A stretch of DNA of 64,000 nucleotides from Deltaproteobacteria bacterium (GTDB lineage: Bacteria > Desulfobacterota > Binatia > UBA1149 > CAYXZP01): assembly GCA_046583395.1 (NCBI GenBank), contig JAYGCK010000004.1, forward strand, positions 337 to 64,336. Reading direction: 5' to 3'. Every line of letters starts with the position of its first letter. Positions within the stretch are counted from its first letter, which is position 1. This document shows, one piece after another, positions 1 to 8,677 of the stretch. The position numbers were made by a program, and so were the translations under genes. A model generated the notes under the pieces. It was not told the DNA's origin. It made no database searches and saw only the letters and a list, made by a program, of their open reading frames with translations.

Positions 1-2033
1 CCGCAAATGCCCAAGTAATCGAAGTCCAGCTTCACAGTCGACGGCCCCGGGCTACCGGTGGCGGCGTTGATCGCGGCACTAGACGAGGGTGCGGTGCAGA
101 AGTTCGAGACCAACTCCGAACCGTTCTGCGACGCAGATCCTTCAGCTGTAATGGGATCGTTGAAGCAGGCGCGGGTCTTGGTGAGGGAGCAGCTCCCACA
201 GTCGCCACCCTGGCACTCGCCGGCCATGGTGTCACAGTCGGCGTCCGCGGTGCAGGTGATGAAGCCATTGCCGTTGGCACGCAATGCGCCGTCGCAGTAG
301 CTGTCGACCGGACCAGCCAGGCATGTGCCGTCGGTGCATTCGCCGTCGGCGCAGGCGTTGGGCCAGCGGTTGGCGCCACCGCCATTGCTCGTGCAGGTCC
401 CGGCCCCGGTGGCCGAACATTCCGCGTCCGAGTTGCACGGCAAGGCCGAGTCACCCGAGCACGTCGCGCACGCACAGTCGAAGCCGGTGTAGGGAGAGTC
501 GCACTCAGTATCGAAGCCCATCGATATTGGGCTGTCGGTCAGGTTCAATATGACGGACAATCCCGTGCCCGAGATATTGGCTCCGTCAGAGGGGCACTCG
601 TAGCTGGTCGGCCCGAAGGTCGGATGGTTGCCGTTCTCATCACACGACTGAGCATCGCGCGAACCGCCGTCACAGGTCCCACCCCGTACGCCATCGTTCG
701 GTGTCGGGTCACCATCACAGGTCGGGCAAGGCTGACTAGCCGAGATGCCAATTCGGATGACCGAGTTCATCGTCACGGCTGTCTCAGTATGTCCGGTTCC
801 CATGTCGGCCTGGCCGTCCAGTTCAGCGGTCAGCTTGTTCTGTATGCAGACGGGGTTACCCGCCGATGACAGAGCAAGCGGGGGACCGAAGGTGCAGTGG
901 CACATGTTGCCTCCGCAGTCGTCGGCGTCGGCACCCTCGATCGTGTCGCAGCGGACTGTCGGATCATTAGCGCAACGGCAGTAACCGTCCGGACGGTCTT
1001 TCATCGGATCGATGGTGACGTTGCAATCCTTGCAGTCCGCGTCACAGGCCAGGCTCACAGAGCCGTGGAACCCGTCAAGAACGTCCACGCCATGGCCCAG
1101 TCCGGTCCAGCCGATATCGAGAGATGTGTTGGTCAGCTGCACGCCGGTACCAGCGTTGACGAACACGCGTGCGCCAGTGGCGCAGTTGCCCGGCAGTTCC
1201 CACTGGGCGGCTACCAGACCACCGGCTTGGGCACCGACGATCTCATCGATACAGTCCTTAATCTGCTGAGCAGTGTCGCCGCAGGAACCCAATGCGTTGA
1301 GCTCGACCTTGCTGAGCGAGCCGCAGCCCTTATCGATGGAGGACATGGCCTTGGCACGCGCCTTGGCGATCTTGCCTTTGCCGTCGTAGCTGCCCTGGTC
1401 CCACACAGCCGTGCTTAAAGCTTTATCCCTGCCGGCCTGGGCCTTTCCGCGTTCTTTGCTGACCGTGTCGACCCACTTCATGTAGGCCTTGGGCAGGGTG
1501 CCGTGGCATTTGGCCTGGCCCTTGCTGAGGCCGGTTGGGGAGCCGAGGATGTCACGGGCGCTTTGCTCGACCGCGGCGTTGGCCAAGGCGACCAGGCAGT
1601 TGCCCAACTCACCAAAGTCGTCGATGCCATCGGTGGCACCGCCGTCATCGTAGCCATTGGCCGGGCTGGGGCAGCGGCCGAAGTTAGCTAGTACAGCGTC
1701 GTAGGTGACGCCGGTCTTTTTGTCCTTACACTTGCTCTTGGCACCGTCGATCGATCCACGAAGCTTATTGGCCGCTTTAGGGATCTTGTTCTTGGTATCG
1801 GCGACACTAATGTCGTTGCAGGCCGTGCTCGATCCCACTTTGCCTTTGTCGCGGTTCTTGTGGCAGCCGCCGAGGGCTTTTTGAGCGGCCGATACATACT
1901 TGCCCAGTCCCTTGGATATGGTCGCGCGGCACTTGCCCTCGGCCTTGTCCCAGGCGTGAGCTGGCGCCGATGAGAACACCAGGCCAACCACTGCCAGCAT
2001 GGCAACGACTTTAGCGAACGAGAAAGCTTTCAT
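1..2033 (-). CDS. Secreted Cys-rich protein, paralog A of the 2310..4709 gene (partial; 3' end lies beyond the window start). Signal peptide MKAFSFAKVVAMLAVVGLVFSSAPAHA.
   Basis: ATG at 2031-2033 on the minus strand. Translating by eye gives a frame that appears open to position 1. It aligns residue by residue with gene B (AWDK..KCRATISKGLGKYVS, CHGTLPKAYMK, TGVQLTNT, GWTG.GHGVD, PTFG, ANISG, CNSDAECSA.GAGTCTSNGGGANRWPN.CADG.CTDG). It is not in the ORF track, presumably because no stop falls inside the window. Confidence 0.6.
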   Translation of the reverse strand, partial: MKAFSFAKVVAMLAVVGLVFSSAPAHAWDKAEGKCRATISKGLGKYVSAAQKALGGCHKNRDKGKVGSSTACNDISVADTKNKIPKAANKLRGSIDGAKSKCKDKKTGVTYDAVLANFGRCPSPANGYDDGGATDGIDDFGELGNCLVALANAAVEQSARDILGSPTGLSKGQAKCHGTLPKAYMKWVDTVSKERGKAQAGRDKALSTAVWDQGSYDGKGKIAKARAKAMSSIDKGCGSLSKVELNALGSCGDTAQQIKDCIDEIVGAQAGGLVAAQWELPGNCATGARVFVNAGTGVQLTNTSLDIGWTGLGHGVDVLDGFHGSVSLACDADCKDCNVTIDPMKDRPDGYCRCANDPTVRCDTIEGADADDCGGNMCHCTFGPPLALSSAGNPVCIQNKLTAELDGQADMGTGHTETAVTMNSVIRIGISASQPCPTCDGDPTPNDGVRGGTCDGGSRDAQSCDENGNHPTFGPTSYECPSDGANISGTGLSVILNLTDSPISMGFDTECDSPYTGFDCACATCSGDSALPCNSDAECSATGAGTCTSNGGGANRWPNACADGECTDGTCLAGPVDSYCDGALRANGNGFITCTADADCDTMAGECQGGDCGSCSLTKTRACFNDPITAEGSASQNGSELVSNFCTAPSSSAAINAATGSPGPSTVKLDFDYLGIC

Positions 2034-2127
2034 ACTTCTTACCCCCAACGTGGTTCTTTATAGCTTGTTCTTTCCATGTCCCCGGAGGGGTCCGTAAGGA
2101 TGGACCCCAGGCGAACGCGCAACGTAG

Positions 2128-2157
2128 AACTTAGTGACTTTGGGGCCCAAAAGTCAA
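2128..2157 (-). promoter_or_regulatory. Candidate sigma70-type promoter for paralog A (minus strand: TTGACT, 18 nt spacer, TAAGTT)
   Basis: rc of 2152-2157 = TTGACT. rc of 2128-2133 = TAAGTT. It lies ~95 nt upstream of the ATG at 2033. Confidence 0.3.
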
Positions 2158-2205
2158 GATATCTAGAGCAGCATTCCGACCACGGGCAGGGGATTTTACA
2201 CCTCT

Positions 2206-2223
2206 CCCCCCCCCTTAGGGGGG
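2206..2223. repeat. C9-TTA-G6 homopolymer hairpin
   Basis: ccccccccc tta gggggg read directly. It sits ~50 nt upstream of the putative -35 of paralog A. Confidence 0.6.
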
Positions 2224-2239
2224 CTGATGTAAAGGGCGG

Positions 2240-2277
2240 GAAGAAAAAAGCCCCGGGACCCTGTCGGCCCCGGGGCT
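2240..2277 (-). terminator. Rho-independent terminator of paralog B (minus strand)
   Basis: 8-bp GC stem gccccggg/cccggggc (2250-2257 with 2269-2276). On the minus strand it is followed by TTTTTTCTTCC (rc of 2240-2249). It lies 33 nt downstream of the stop at 2310. Confidence 0.55.
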
Positions 2278-2309
2278 TTCCTTGCCGTCTTACTGTACGG
2301 CCGTCGTCG

Positions 2310-4709
2310 TTAGTTCAGGCTAGCGCCGCTGTCTATCCAGTCACTAACGGCCTGGATTTGCGCTGCAGTGAGGGTCCCACCGGAGGGCATCTGCGCGCCG
2401 CTGCCTGTGCCCTCCAGCTTGTTAACCAAGTAGCTAAGTGACGAGTCTCCAGGCTCGACCAGGTCCGAGGGGGACTGACCCGACGTCACGCCGACAAGGG
2501 CATTGTATGAACTCACGGCGTCCTCGAATCCGCCCAGGCCCCCTGAGGCCGCACCACTGCTGTGGCAGCCTACACAGGACGACGAGATCGAGTCGTATAT
2601 GGCTCTCCAGGAATTCGCAGGAGATGTGCAGTTCGAACCCGCAGGGGGCTCGGCCACACTGCCATCGTCACAAAGGCCCTCGAATTCCATCGAGACCGTG
2701 ATCCGTGATGGTCCGGGGCTACCCGCAGCAGTGTTTATCGCCATACTATTCGAAGGCGGGGTACAAAATGTTGCTACCACGTCACCGCCGTTCTGACTGG
2801 TGTCACCTTCGGCGGTGATCGGGTCGGTGAAGCATGAGCGAGGCTCAGTGAGAGAGCAGGAGCCGCAGTCGCCTCCTGGGCACTCTGAGTTAAGAGCCTG
2901 GCAGTCTCCGTCGGTCTGACATGCCAGGATTCCCCCTCCATTGGCTCTGAGCATGCCGTCGCAGAAGGTGGCTGCCGGGCCAGCGTTGCAGACGCCGTCG
3001 GTGCAGACGCCATCGGCACAAGAGTTAGGCCAACGGTTGGCGCCACCACCGTTGCTGGTGCAGGTCCCTGCACCGGCCGCAGAACATTCCGCGTCCGAGT
3101 TGCACGGTAGGCTCGTGTCTCCCGAACATACCGCGCAGGCGCAGGCGTAACTCGTGAAGGGAGAGTCGCACTGCGTGTTGAACGGCAGCGAGACACTGCC
3201 CCCGGTGATGGTGAACGAGATATTCAGGCCCGCACCAGAGATGTTGGCTCCGTCCGGGGGGCAGTGGTAGCTGACCGATCCGAAGGTCGGGTGGTTAGCG
3301 TTCACGTCGCATGACTGACCGTCGCGCGATCCACCGTTGCATGTACCACCGTTGTTGCCGTCGTTGGCTGCACCGTCACCATCACAGGTAGGGCAAGGCT
3401 GACTCTGGCTGATCCCCAGACGCACGACCGCAGAACTCCTGATGGTGGTCTCGGCTGTGGCTGTCCCCTGATCGACCGATCCCTCAAGGTCATCGGTGAT
3501 GTTGGTCATAACGCACACCGGCGCACCGCCGGCAGAAAGTGGTAGCGGTGGTCCAAAGTGACAGTTGCATGTCGCGCCACCGCAGTCGTCAGCATCAGGT
3601 CCGGCTACGGTGTCGCAGGTCTGGGTGTAGTCGTTCGAGCAGCGGCAGTTTGCCCAGGGCTGGGTCTTGTCCGGGTCTAGCTCCACCCCGCAGTTGCGGC
3701 AGTCAGCATCGCAGCCGGTAAATGACGCCTGACCGATGAAGCCGTCGAGTATGTCGACGCCGTGCCCCATGCCGGTCCAGCCGGTATCAAGGCCGGTGTT
3801 GGTAAGCTGAACGCCGGTGCCAGCGAACGATTTGATCTGAACCTTAGCGGCACAGCGCGGCGCGATCACAAACTGAGATGACACTAAGCCGCGGGCCTGC
3901 TTGTCCGCGATGGTCTCAACGCAGTCCTTGATCTGCTGAGGAGTGTCGCCGCACGATTCGATCGCGTTCAGTTCTGCCAGGCTAAGCCCGCTGCAGCTCT
4001 TGTCGACGGACCCCATGGCCTTGGCAAGCGCTTTGGCGATCTTGCCTTTACCGTCGTAGTTGGCCTGGCTCCATACAGCCGTGCCACCGGCCTTATCGCT
4101 GCCGGCCTGGGCCTTCCCACGTTCCTTGGCCACGGTGTCGATGTACTTCATGTAGGCCTTGGGCAGGGTGCCGTGGCATTTGAGCTGCCCTTTGCTCAGC
4201 GAGCTGGGGCCAGGAAGCCCTATGATGTCGCGTGCGCTCTGTTGGACCTGGGCATTGGCTAGGGCGATCAGGCAGTCACCCAACTCACCGAAGTCGTCGA
4301 TGCCATCGGTGGCACCACCGTCGTCCGTTGCCTGGCCTGGGCTCGGACAACGTTCGAAGTTTGCAAGTACGTTGGTGTAGACTTGGCCGGACTTCTTGTC
4401 CTTGCACTTGCTCTTGGCGCCATGGATCGATCCACGAAGCTTACTGGCCGCTTTAGGGACCTTGGTCTTGATGTCAGCCTCACTGAGATCGTTGCAGTTC
4501 TTGCTCGACGAGATCTTGCCCTTATCGCGGCTTTTGTGACATCCGCCGATGGCCTTCTGGGCCGTTGAGACGTACTTGCCAAGCCCCTTGGAGATGGTTG
4601 CGCGGCACTTCATCTCGCCCTTGTCCCAGGCGTCAGCCGGGGCGGCCGACAGTACAAAAACGATCGCGGCCACGGTTGCGACTGCTTTGCTATATGCGGA
4701 TGTCACCAT
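2310..4709 (-). CDS. Secreted 799-aa Cys-rich protein (paralog B): signal peptide, Lys-rich N-terminal region, Cys-rich central region, C-terminal PSCyt1-like cytochrome-c-type domain (CVGCH ... VEPGDSSLSYLV ... MP ... WIDSGA)
   Basis: Complete ORF from the track. N-terminal MVTSAYSKAVATVAAIVFVLSAAPADA is a signal peptide. There are more than 60 Cys. The C-terminal ~90 aa match the PSCyt1 (PF07635-type) consensus, recalled from memory. A TAA stop and a terminator follow. Confidence 0.8.
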   Translation of the reverse strand: MVTSAYSKAVATVAAIVFVLSAAPADAWDKGEMKCRATISKGLGKYVSTAQKAIGGCHKSRDKGKISSSKNCNDLSEADIKTKVPKAASKLRGSIHGAKSKCKDKKSGQVYTNVLANFERCPSPGQATDDGGATDGIDDFGELGDCLIALANAQVQQSARDIIGLPGPSSLSKGQLKCHGTLPKAYMKYIDTVAKERGKAQAGSDKAGGTAVWSQANYDGKGKIAKALAKAMGSVDKSCSGLSLAELNAIESCGDTPQQIKDCVETIADKQARGLVSSQFVIAPRCAAKVQIKSFAGTGVQLTNTGLDTGWTGMGHGVDILDGFIGQASFTGCDADCRNCGVELDPDKTQPWANCRCSNDYTQTCDTVAGPDADDCGGATCNCHFGPPLPLSAGGAPVCVMTNITDDLEGSVDQGTATAETTIRSSAVVRLGISQSQPCPTCDGDGAANDGNNGGTCNGGSRDGQSCDVNANHPTFGSVSYHCPPDGANISGAGLNISFTITGGSVSLPFNTQCDSPFTSYACACAVCSGDTSLPCNSDAECSAAGAGTCTSNGGGANRWPNSCADGVCTDGVCNAGPAATFCDGMLRANGGGILACQTDGDCQALNSECPGGDCGSCSLTEPRSCFTDPITAEGDTSQNGGDVVATFCTPPSNSMAINTAAGSPGPSRITVSMEFEGLCDDGSVAEPPAGSNCTSPANSWRAIYDSISSSCVGCHSSGAASGGLGGFEDAVSSYNALVGVTSGQSPSDLVEPGDSSLSYLVNKLEGTGSGAQMPSGGTLTAAQIQAVSDWIDSGASLN

Positions 4710-4783
4710 GAATCAGATATCCCCCTGTTTGGTAGGTTCCCCTTAGCCTGGCCCACGAAGGGACAGCGGGGCACGTAACCGTC

Positions 4784-4813
4784 ATTGGTAGAAGCTAGTT
4801 CGGATGATGTCAA
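4784..4813 (-). promoter_or_regulatory. Candidate sigma70-type promoter for paralog B (minus strand: TTGACA, 17 nt spacer, TACCAAT)
   Basis: rc of 4808-4813 = TTGACA. rc of 4784-4790 = TACCAAT. A GGGGGA Shine-Dalgarno sits 12 nt before the ATG at 4709. Confidence 0.4.
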
Positions 4814-4928
4814 GAATTCAGGACGGTTCTTATAACCCGTTCAGGCGATGCGGCCGCCGGCTTTTGAGGCGAGGGAGGATTCGAGACCTCGCGCTCATGG
4901 GAGTTTTCGGTGAGCGTGCCCGTGGGCG

Positions 4929-4943
4929 CCCCCCCTTTGGGGG
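4929..4943. repeat. C7-TTT-G5 homopolymer hairpin
   Basis: ccccccc ttt ggggg read directly. It lies between the MBL stop (4968) and the paralog B promoter. Confidence 0.5.
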
Positions 4944-4967
4944 TGAGGTAGGCCGGGGCGGCGAGTC

Positions 4968-5654
4968 TTAGCCGGGAGCACCCATCATCGTTAGGAAATC
5001 CTCGACCCTTTCGAAACGCATGAAGGGGTTGTTGGTCTTCTCTCTCGCAATCGTCGAGGCCGGTTCTTCCGAGTAGGCGTGGCCCGGATAAAGGACCGTG
5101 TCGCCGGGCAATTTGGCCAGCTTTTGGGTCAGGCTGTAGTAGAGGTCGCTGGCATTGCTGCCGGGAAGGTCGACACGCCCGCAGGAGCCGATGAACAAGG
5201 TGTCGCCTGAGACCAGATTGTCGCCGGCCATGAAGCACTGCGAACCCGGTGTGTGTCCGGGCGTGTGGATGAAGCGAAGCGGGACCTTGCCGATACTGAT
5301 CTCGGTCTCGCCGTCGACGGCGACCATGTCGCTGGTCTCCAGTCCGATTGTTTGCGAGACCCAGGAGGCCTCTTCTTTGTTCACGTAGACCTTGACCCCG
5401 CGCTCTGTGAGCAACTCGGGGATACCGTCTATGTGCTGACCCATCATGTCCCCGCCTATGTGGTCGGGGTGAAAGTGGGTGACCAGCGCCCCGGTAAGCG
5501 TCATGTCGTCGTTGTCGAGCTGCTCGAGGATGGCCGGGATGTCCCACGCAGCATCGACCACCATCGCTTCGCGGCTTTCGGTGTCGCCGATGAGGTAGAC
5601 GTAGTTGGCCATCGGGCCGAGCAGCATCTGTTTCATGTATAGCGATGAGCCCAT
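4968..5654 (-). CDS. MBL-fold metallo-hydrolase (glyoxalase II-like)
   Basis: THFHPDHIGG (HxHxDH) motif, plus HTPGHTPGS and GDTLF. The start is chosen at MGSSLYMKQML (SD-like AGTAGGA); 5636 is an alternative start. Confidence 0.8.
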   Translation of the reverse strand: MGSSLYMKQMLLGPMANYVYLIGDTESREAMVVDAAWDIPAILEQLDNDDMTLTGALVTHFHPDHIGGDMMGQHIDGIPELLTERGVKVYVNKEEASWVSQTIGLETSDMVAVDGETEISIGKVPLRFIHTPGHTPGSQCFMAGDNLVSGDTLFIGSCGRVDLPGSNASDLYYSLTQKLAKLPGDTVLYPGHAYSEEPASTIAREKTNNPFMRFERVEDFLTMMGAPG

Positions 5655-5659
5655 CGGTC

Positions 5660-6301
5660 CTACTTCTTTGTCCTTGTGGCCTTCCGCTTGGACCTCTTCT
5701 TGGGGGACGGCTCGAGACCGTGTTGCCACAGGGTCTCCTTCTTGCGGCTCTTCTTTGCGATCCAGCGCGACTGCACGAACAGCAGGTCGCTGAGCCGGTT
5801 GAGGTAGCGCGCCGTCCACGGACCGGCGGCCTTCTTGCGTACCAGCGCGGTTACGGTCCTTTCGGCGCGCCTGCACACCGTTCGGGCCAGGTGGAGGGTC
5901 GCGCCTGCGGTACCGCCTCCCGGTAGCACGAAGGAACGGAGCGGTGCGAGGTCCTTTTGCAGCGCGTCCATCCCGGCCTCGAGCCTGTCGGTGTGCTTCT
6001 TGCCAACCGTAATCATTCCCTGGTAGGTCGCGCCGGGCGGGGTGGCCAGTTCCGAGCCCAGGTCGAACAGTTCCTGCTGGACGACTGCAAGTTCAGTGTC
6101 GAGGCGGCCCGAGGCCACCCGTCCTTTATAAGGGGGCTCGCCCAGGATTGCGCGTACCATGCCGACGACCGCGTTCAGCTCATCGACCTCGCCGTATGCC
6201 GAGATGCGCGGGTCGTCCTTGGGCACGCGCTTGCCGCCGACAAGGGCGGTTTTGCCGTCGTCGCCCGTGCGCGTGTAGACGCGGTTTATCCGTATGGCCA
6301 T
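5660..6301 (-). CDS. PduO-type ATP:cob(I)alamin adenosyltransferase with a 35-aa Lys/Arg-rich C-terminal tail
   Basis: N-terminus MAIRINRVYTRTGDDGKTALVGGKRVPKDDPRISAYGEVDELNAVVG is the classic PduO/MMAB signature. The tail reads KKSRKKETLWQHGLEPSPKKRSKRKATRTKK. Confidence 0.85.
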   Translation of the reverse strand: MAIRINRVYTRTGDDGKTALVGGKRVPKDDPRISAYGEVDELNAVVGMVRAILGEPPYKGRVASGRLDTELAVVQQELFDLGSELATPPGATYQGMITVGKKHTDRLEAGMDALQKDLAPLRSFVLPGGGTAGATLHLARTVCRRAERTVTALVRKKAAGPWTARYLNRLSDLLFVQSRWIAKKSRKKETLWQHGLEPSPKKRSKRKATRTKK

Positions 6302-6329
6302 TGTCGGGCAGGTCTAGCCGCTGCCCGGC

Positions 6330-7412
6330 TCAACCGCCAACACGGGCTTCGATGAGGTCGAGAAGGCGCTCGGGGTCGATGGGTTTCTTGAAAATGACGT
6401 CGTCGAGCCCGTCGGTCTTCGAGCGTTTTATTACATGGTCCTTGTCGTAATAGTACGCCGTCATCAGGACGACGGGCACGGACCCCGGCTGCCCGTTGAC
6501 TTCCCTGAACAGGTCGTAGCCGTCCATGTCGGGCATCACCACGTCGCTGATTACCAGGTCGGGGGTCTGCTCTTTGATCGCTTCGAGTGCCTCGAGCCCC
6601 GTTGCGCGCAGCATTACCTTGCAGCCCTCTGCGCCGAGTATCTCGGACATGGTCGAACGGATCTCTTCATCATCATCGACCACAAGTATGATCTTGCCCG
6701 ATAAATGACGGTTGCCGTCGTGTGCCGGTATGGAGCCCGTCTCTTCCTCGCCCAGGCCGAGGTCGGTCATCAGGCGGCCCGGCATATACTCGATGGTTCC
6801 GTAGGTCCCGGCCGCGGCTATCTCACCGACCCGTTCGACGATGGTCTGGATGCGGCGCAGCCCGCGCTTCATCGCTACGATGCGGTCGTGCCCGGACTTG
6901 TACACTTGCGTATCGACGTTGTTCTTGACGAAGCGCTCGAGCATGTCCGCGTGATTTACCAGAGACTCAAGTGGGTTGTTTATTTCGTGGGCCAGCCCGA
7001 TGGCCAGCTCGCCTAGGGTTGCGATCTGTTCGTGCAGGCGAAGCTCTTCGATGTCCTTGGCAAAACCGATGCTGCCCTGTTCGCGTTCCTTTTCGTCGTA
7101 GATGATTGAGCCCGAGACCGCCACGGGGATGCGTTTGCCGTCCTTGTCGACGAACTGTGTCTCGAAGTTCTTTACACGCCCGGCGCCCGATTCGGTCTCA
7201 CTGCGCATTGCGGCCATCACTCGCTTGGCCTCTTCGGCCGAAGGATAGAGCTCGAAAACGTGGGTGCCCAGCACCTCTTTGGCGGTGTAGCCGAGGGTGA
7301 GCGTTGCCCCGTCGTTGTAGAAGATGACCGTCCCCTTACGGTCGACCGCGACGACTATGTCGGGCGAACTTTCGAGCAGTCGTTCGAAGTAGACTTTGGG
7401 GAGTTCTTTCAA
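6330..7412 (-). CDS. PAS - HisKA(DHp) - receiver domain protein lacking a HATPase_c catalytic domain
   Basis: H-box LAHEINNPLESL. The C-terminal REC domain has the DDD ... SDVVMPDMDG ... LMTAY ... FKKP residues. There are only ~45 aa between the DHp and REC domains and no N/G1/G2 ATP-binding boxes. A PAS-like segment lies N-terminal (FELYPSAEEAKRV..TQFVDKDGKRIP). Confidence 0.8.
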   Translation of the reverse strand: MKELPKVYFERLLESSPDIVVAVDRKGTVIFYNDGATLTLGYTAKEVLGTHVFELYPSAEEAKRVMAAMRSETESGAGRVKNFETQFVDKDGKRIPVAVSGSIIYDEKEREQGSIGFAKDIEELRLHEQIATLGELAIGLAHEINNPLESLVNHADMLERFVKNNVDTQVYKSGHDRIVAMKRGLRRIQTIVERVGEIAAAGTYGTIEYMPGRLMTDLGLGEEETGSIPAHDGNRHLSGKIILVVDDDEEIRSTMSEILGAEGCKVMLRATGLEALEAIKEQTPDLVISDVVMPDMDGYDLFREVNGQPGSVPVVLMTAYYYDKDHVIKRSKTDGLDDVIFKKPIDPERLLDLIEARVGG

Positions 7413-7560
7413 TCGTTCGTAGGGGGTCGCAGGCGAGGGGCCGTCGAGGACGGCCTCCGTTTCACGGTATCCCCATGCCCGCTGTAGTCAAGACCGGTGC
7501 CCATCCCGGCGGGTGTCCGGGGGGGCTCTTATCGGGCATAATCCCTGGCTGCTGCCCGTG

Positions 7561-8010
7561 ATGTCACCGACAAGAAACCGCCGGTTGCCCGCGCTGCTGC
7601 TTTTGGCCGCCCTCGTGCTGCTGGCCGCGGGCTGCCAAGGGCGCCGCTTCGACCGGCAACTGACCGTTCATTCCGAACTGCTTGCCACCATGGCTGCCGA
7701 TGCTGCGGCCTCCTTGGAACAGCGGGCCGGGATGCCCGAGATACTCGGTCTCAGGTACCCGCTTGCCCGTGCCCGGGGCCTGGCTGCTCGTGGGACCGAG
7801 CGCTATCCCGGCCGCCCCTCGCTGGCGGCCTTCGAGGCGCTGGTGGCCGATTACGCCCTTCTGGTCGAACATTTGGAGCGCACCCGTGCGTTGGCCGGGA
7901 GCGTGGACGCCGTGGACCGGCAGTCCATCGATGAAGCGCGCCGGCTGGCCCGTCAGGTGGCCGAAGGCCGCGGCGACCTGCTCGTGTTGTTGGGTGGCGA
8001 GGGCCGCTAG
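7561..8010 (+). CDS. Hypothetical lipoprotein
   Basis: MSPTRNRRLPALLLLAALVLLAAGC is a signal peptide with a lipobox. The ORF runs to the stop at 8010. It is divergent from the PAS-HisKA-REC gene. Confidence 0.5.
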   Translation: MSPTRNRRLPALLLLAALVLLAAGCQGRRFDRQLTVHSELLATMAADAAASLEQRAGMPEILGLRYPLARARGLAARGTERYPGRPSLAAFEALVADYALLVEHLERTRALAGSVDAVDRQSIDEARRLARQVAEGRGDLLVLLGGEGR

Positions 8011-8032
8011 GCCGCGGCCCAGCCCGACCTTC

Positions 8033-8677
8033 TTACTTGGGGACCTTTTCCCAGTCGGCCAGAAAACGTTCCAGTCCGATATCGGTCAGCGGGTGGTGGG
8101 TGATTTGTTCGAGCACACTGAAGGGACAGGTCGCGACCTCGGCACCCATCTGCGCCCCGCGAATAAGATGGGTGGGGTTTCTTACGCTGGCGACCAGGAC
8201 CGAGGCCGGGTAGTCGTAGTTGGAGAGCATCTCACAGAGGATTGCCACCATTTCCATCCCGTCCTCGCCGATGTCGTCGAGCCGGCCGACAAAGGGACTG
8301 ATGTAGGTCGCCCCAGCCTTTGCCGCTAAAAGTCCCTGGACCGGTTGGAAGACCAGGGTCACGTTGACATTGATGCCTTCGCTCGAAAGTTGCTTGGTCG
8401 CCTTGAGCCCTTCGACAATCATCGGGACCTTGACGACTATGTTGGGGTGAATGGCGGCCAGGCGGCGGCCTTCCTCGAGCATGCCCGCGCATTCGGTGCT
8501 GACCACCTCGGCGCTTATCGGGCCATCGACGACCTCGCATATATCGGCCAGCGCGCTCTCGAAGCTGCGGCCCGTCTTGGCGATCAGCGAGGGGTTGGTC
8601 GTCACTCCGTCGATGATGCCCCAGGAATTGGCCTCGCGAATCTGGTCGATGTCGGCGCTGTCGATAAAGAGCTTCAT
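8033..8677 (-). CDS. tal: Transaldolase / fructose-6-phosphate aldolase (TalC/MipB family, ~214 aa)
   Basis: [31 protein letters not shown] ... [11 protein letters not shown] ... ISPFVGR are hallmark motifs. Confidence 0.85.
   Translation of the reverse strand: MKLFIDSADIDQIREANSWGIIDGVTTNPSLIAKTGRSFESALADICEVVDGPISAEVVSTECAGMLEEGRRLAAIHPNIVVKVPMIVEGLKATKQLSSEGINVNVTLVFQPVQGLLAAKAGATYISPFVGRLDDIGEDGMEMVAILCEMLSNYDYPASVLVASVRNPTHLIRGAQMGAEVATCPFSVLEQITHHPLTDIGLERFLADWEKVPK

Noticed and set aside
32-1418. Several 60-170-aa ORFs on both strands inside paralog A (e.g. 897..1418 +, 32..475 -)
   Set aside because: They are Arg/Pro-rich translations of alternative frames of a high-GC coding region. 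They overlap the well-supported minus-strand frame that aligns with paralog B.
4810-5547. 245-aa minus-strand ORF overlapping the MBL hydrolase gene
   Set aside because: Wrong frame. Arg/Gly/His-rich low-complexity translation with no start context. The MBL frame carries the HxHxDH motif.
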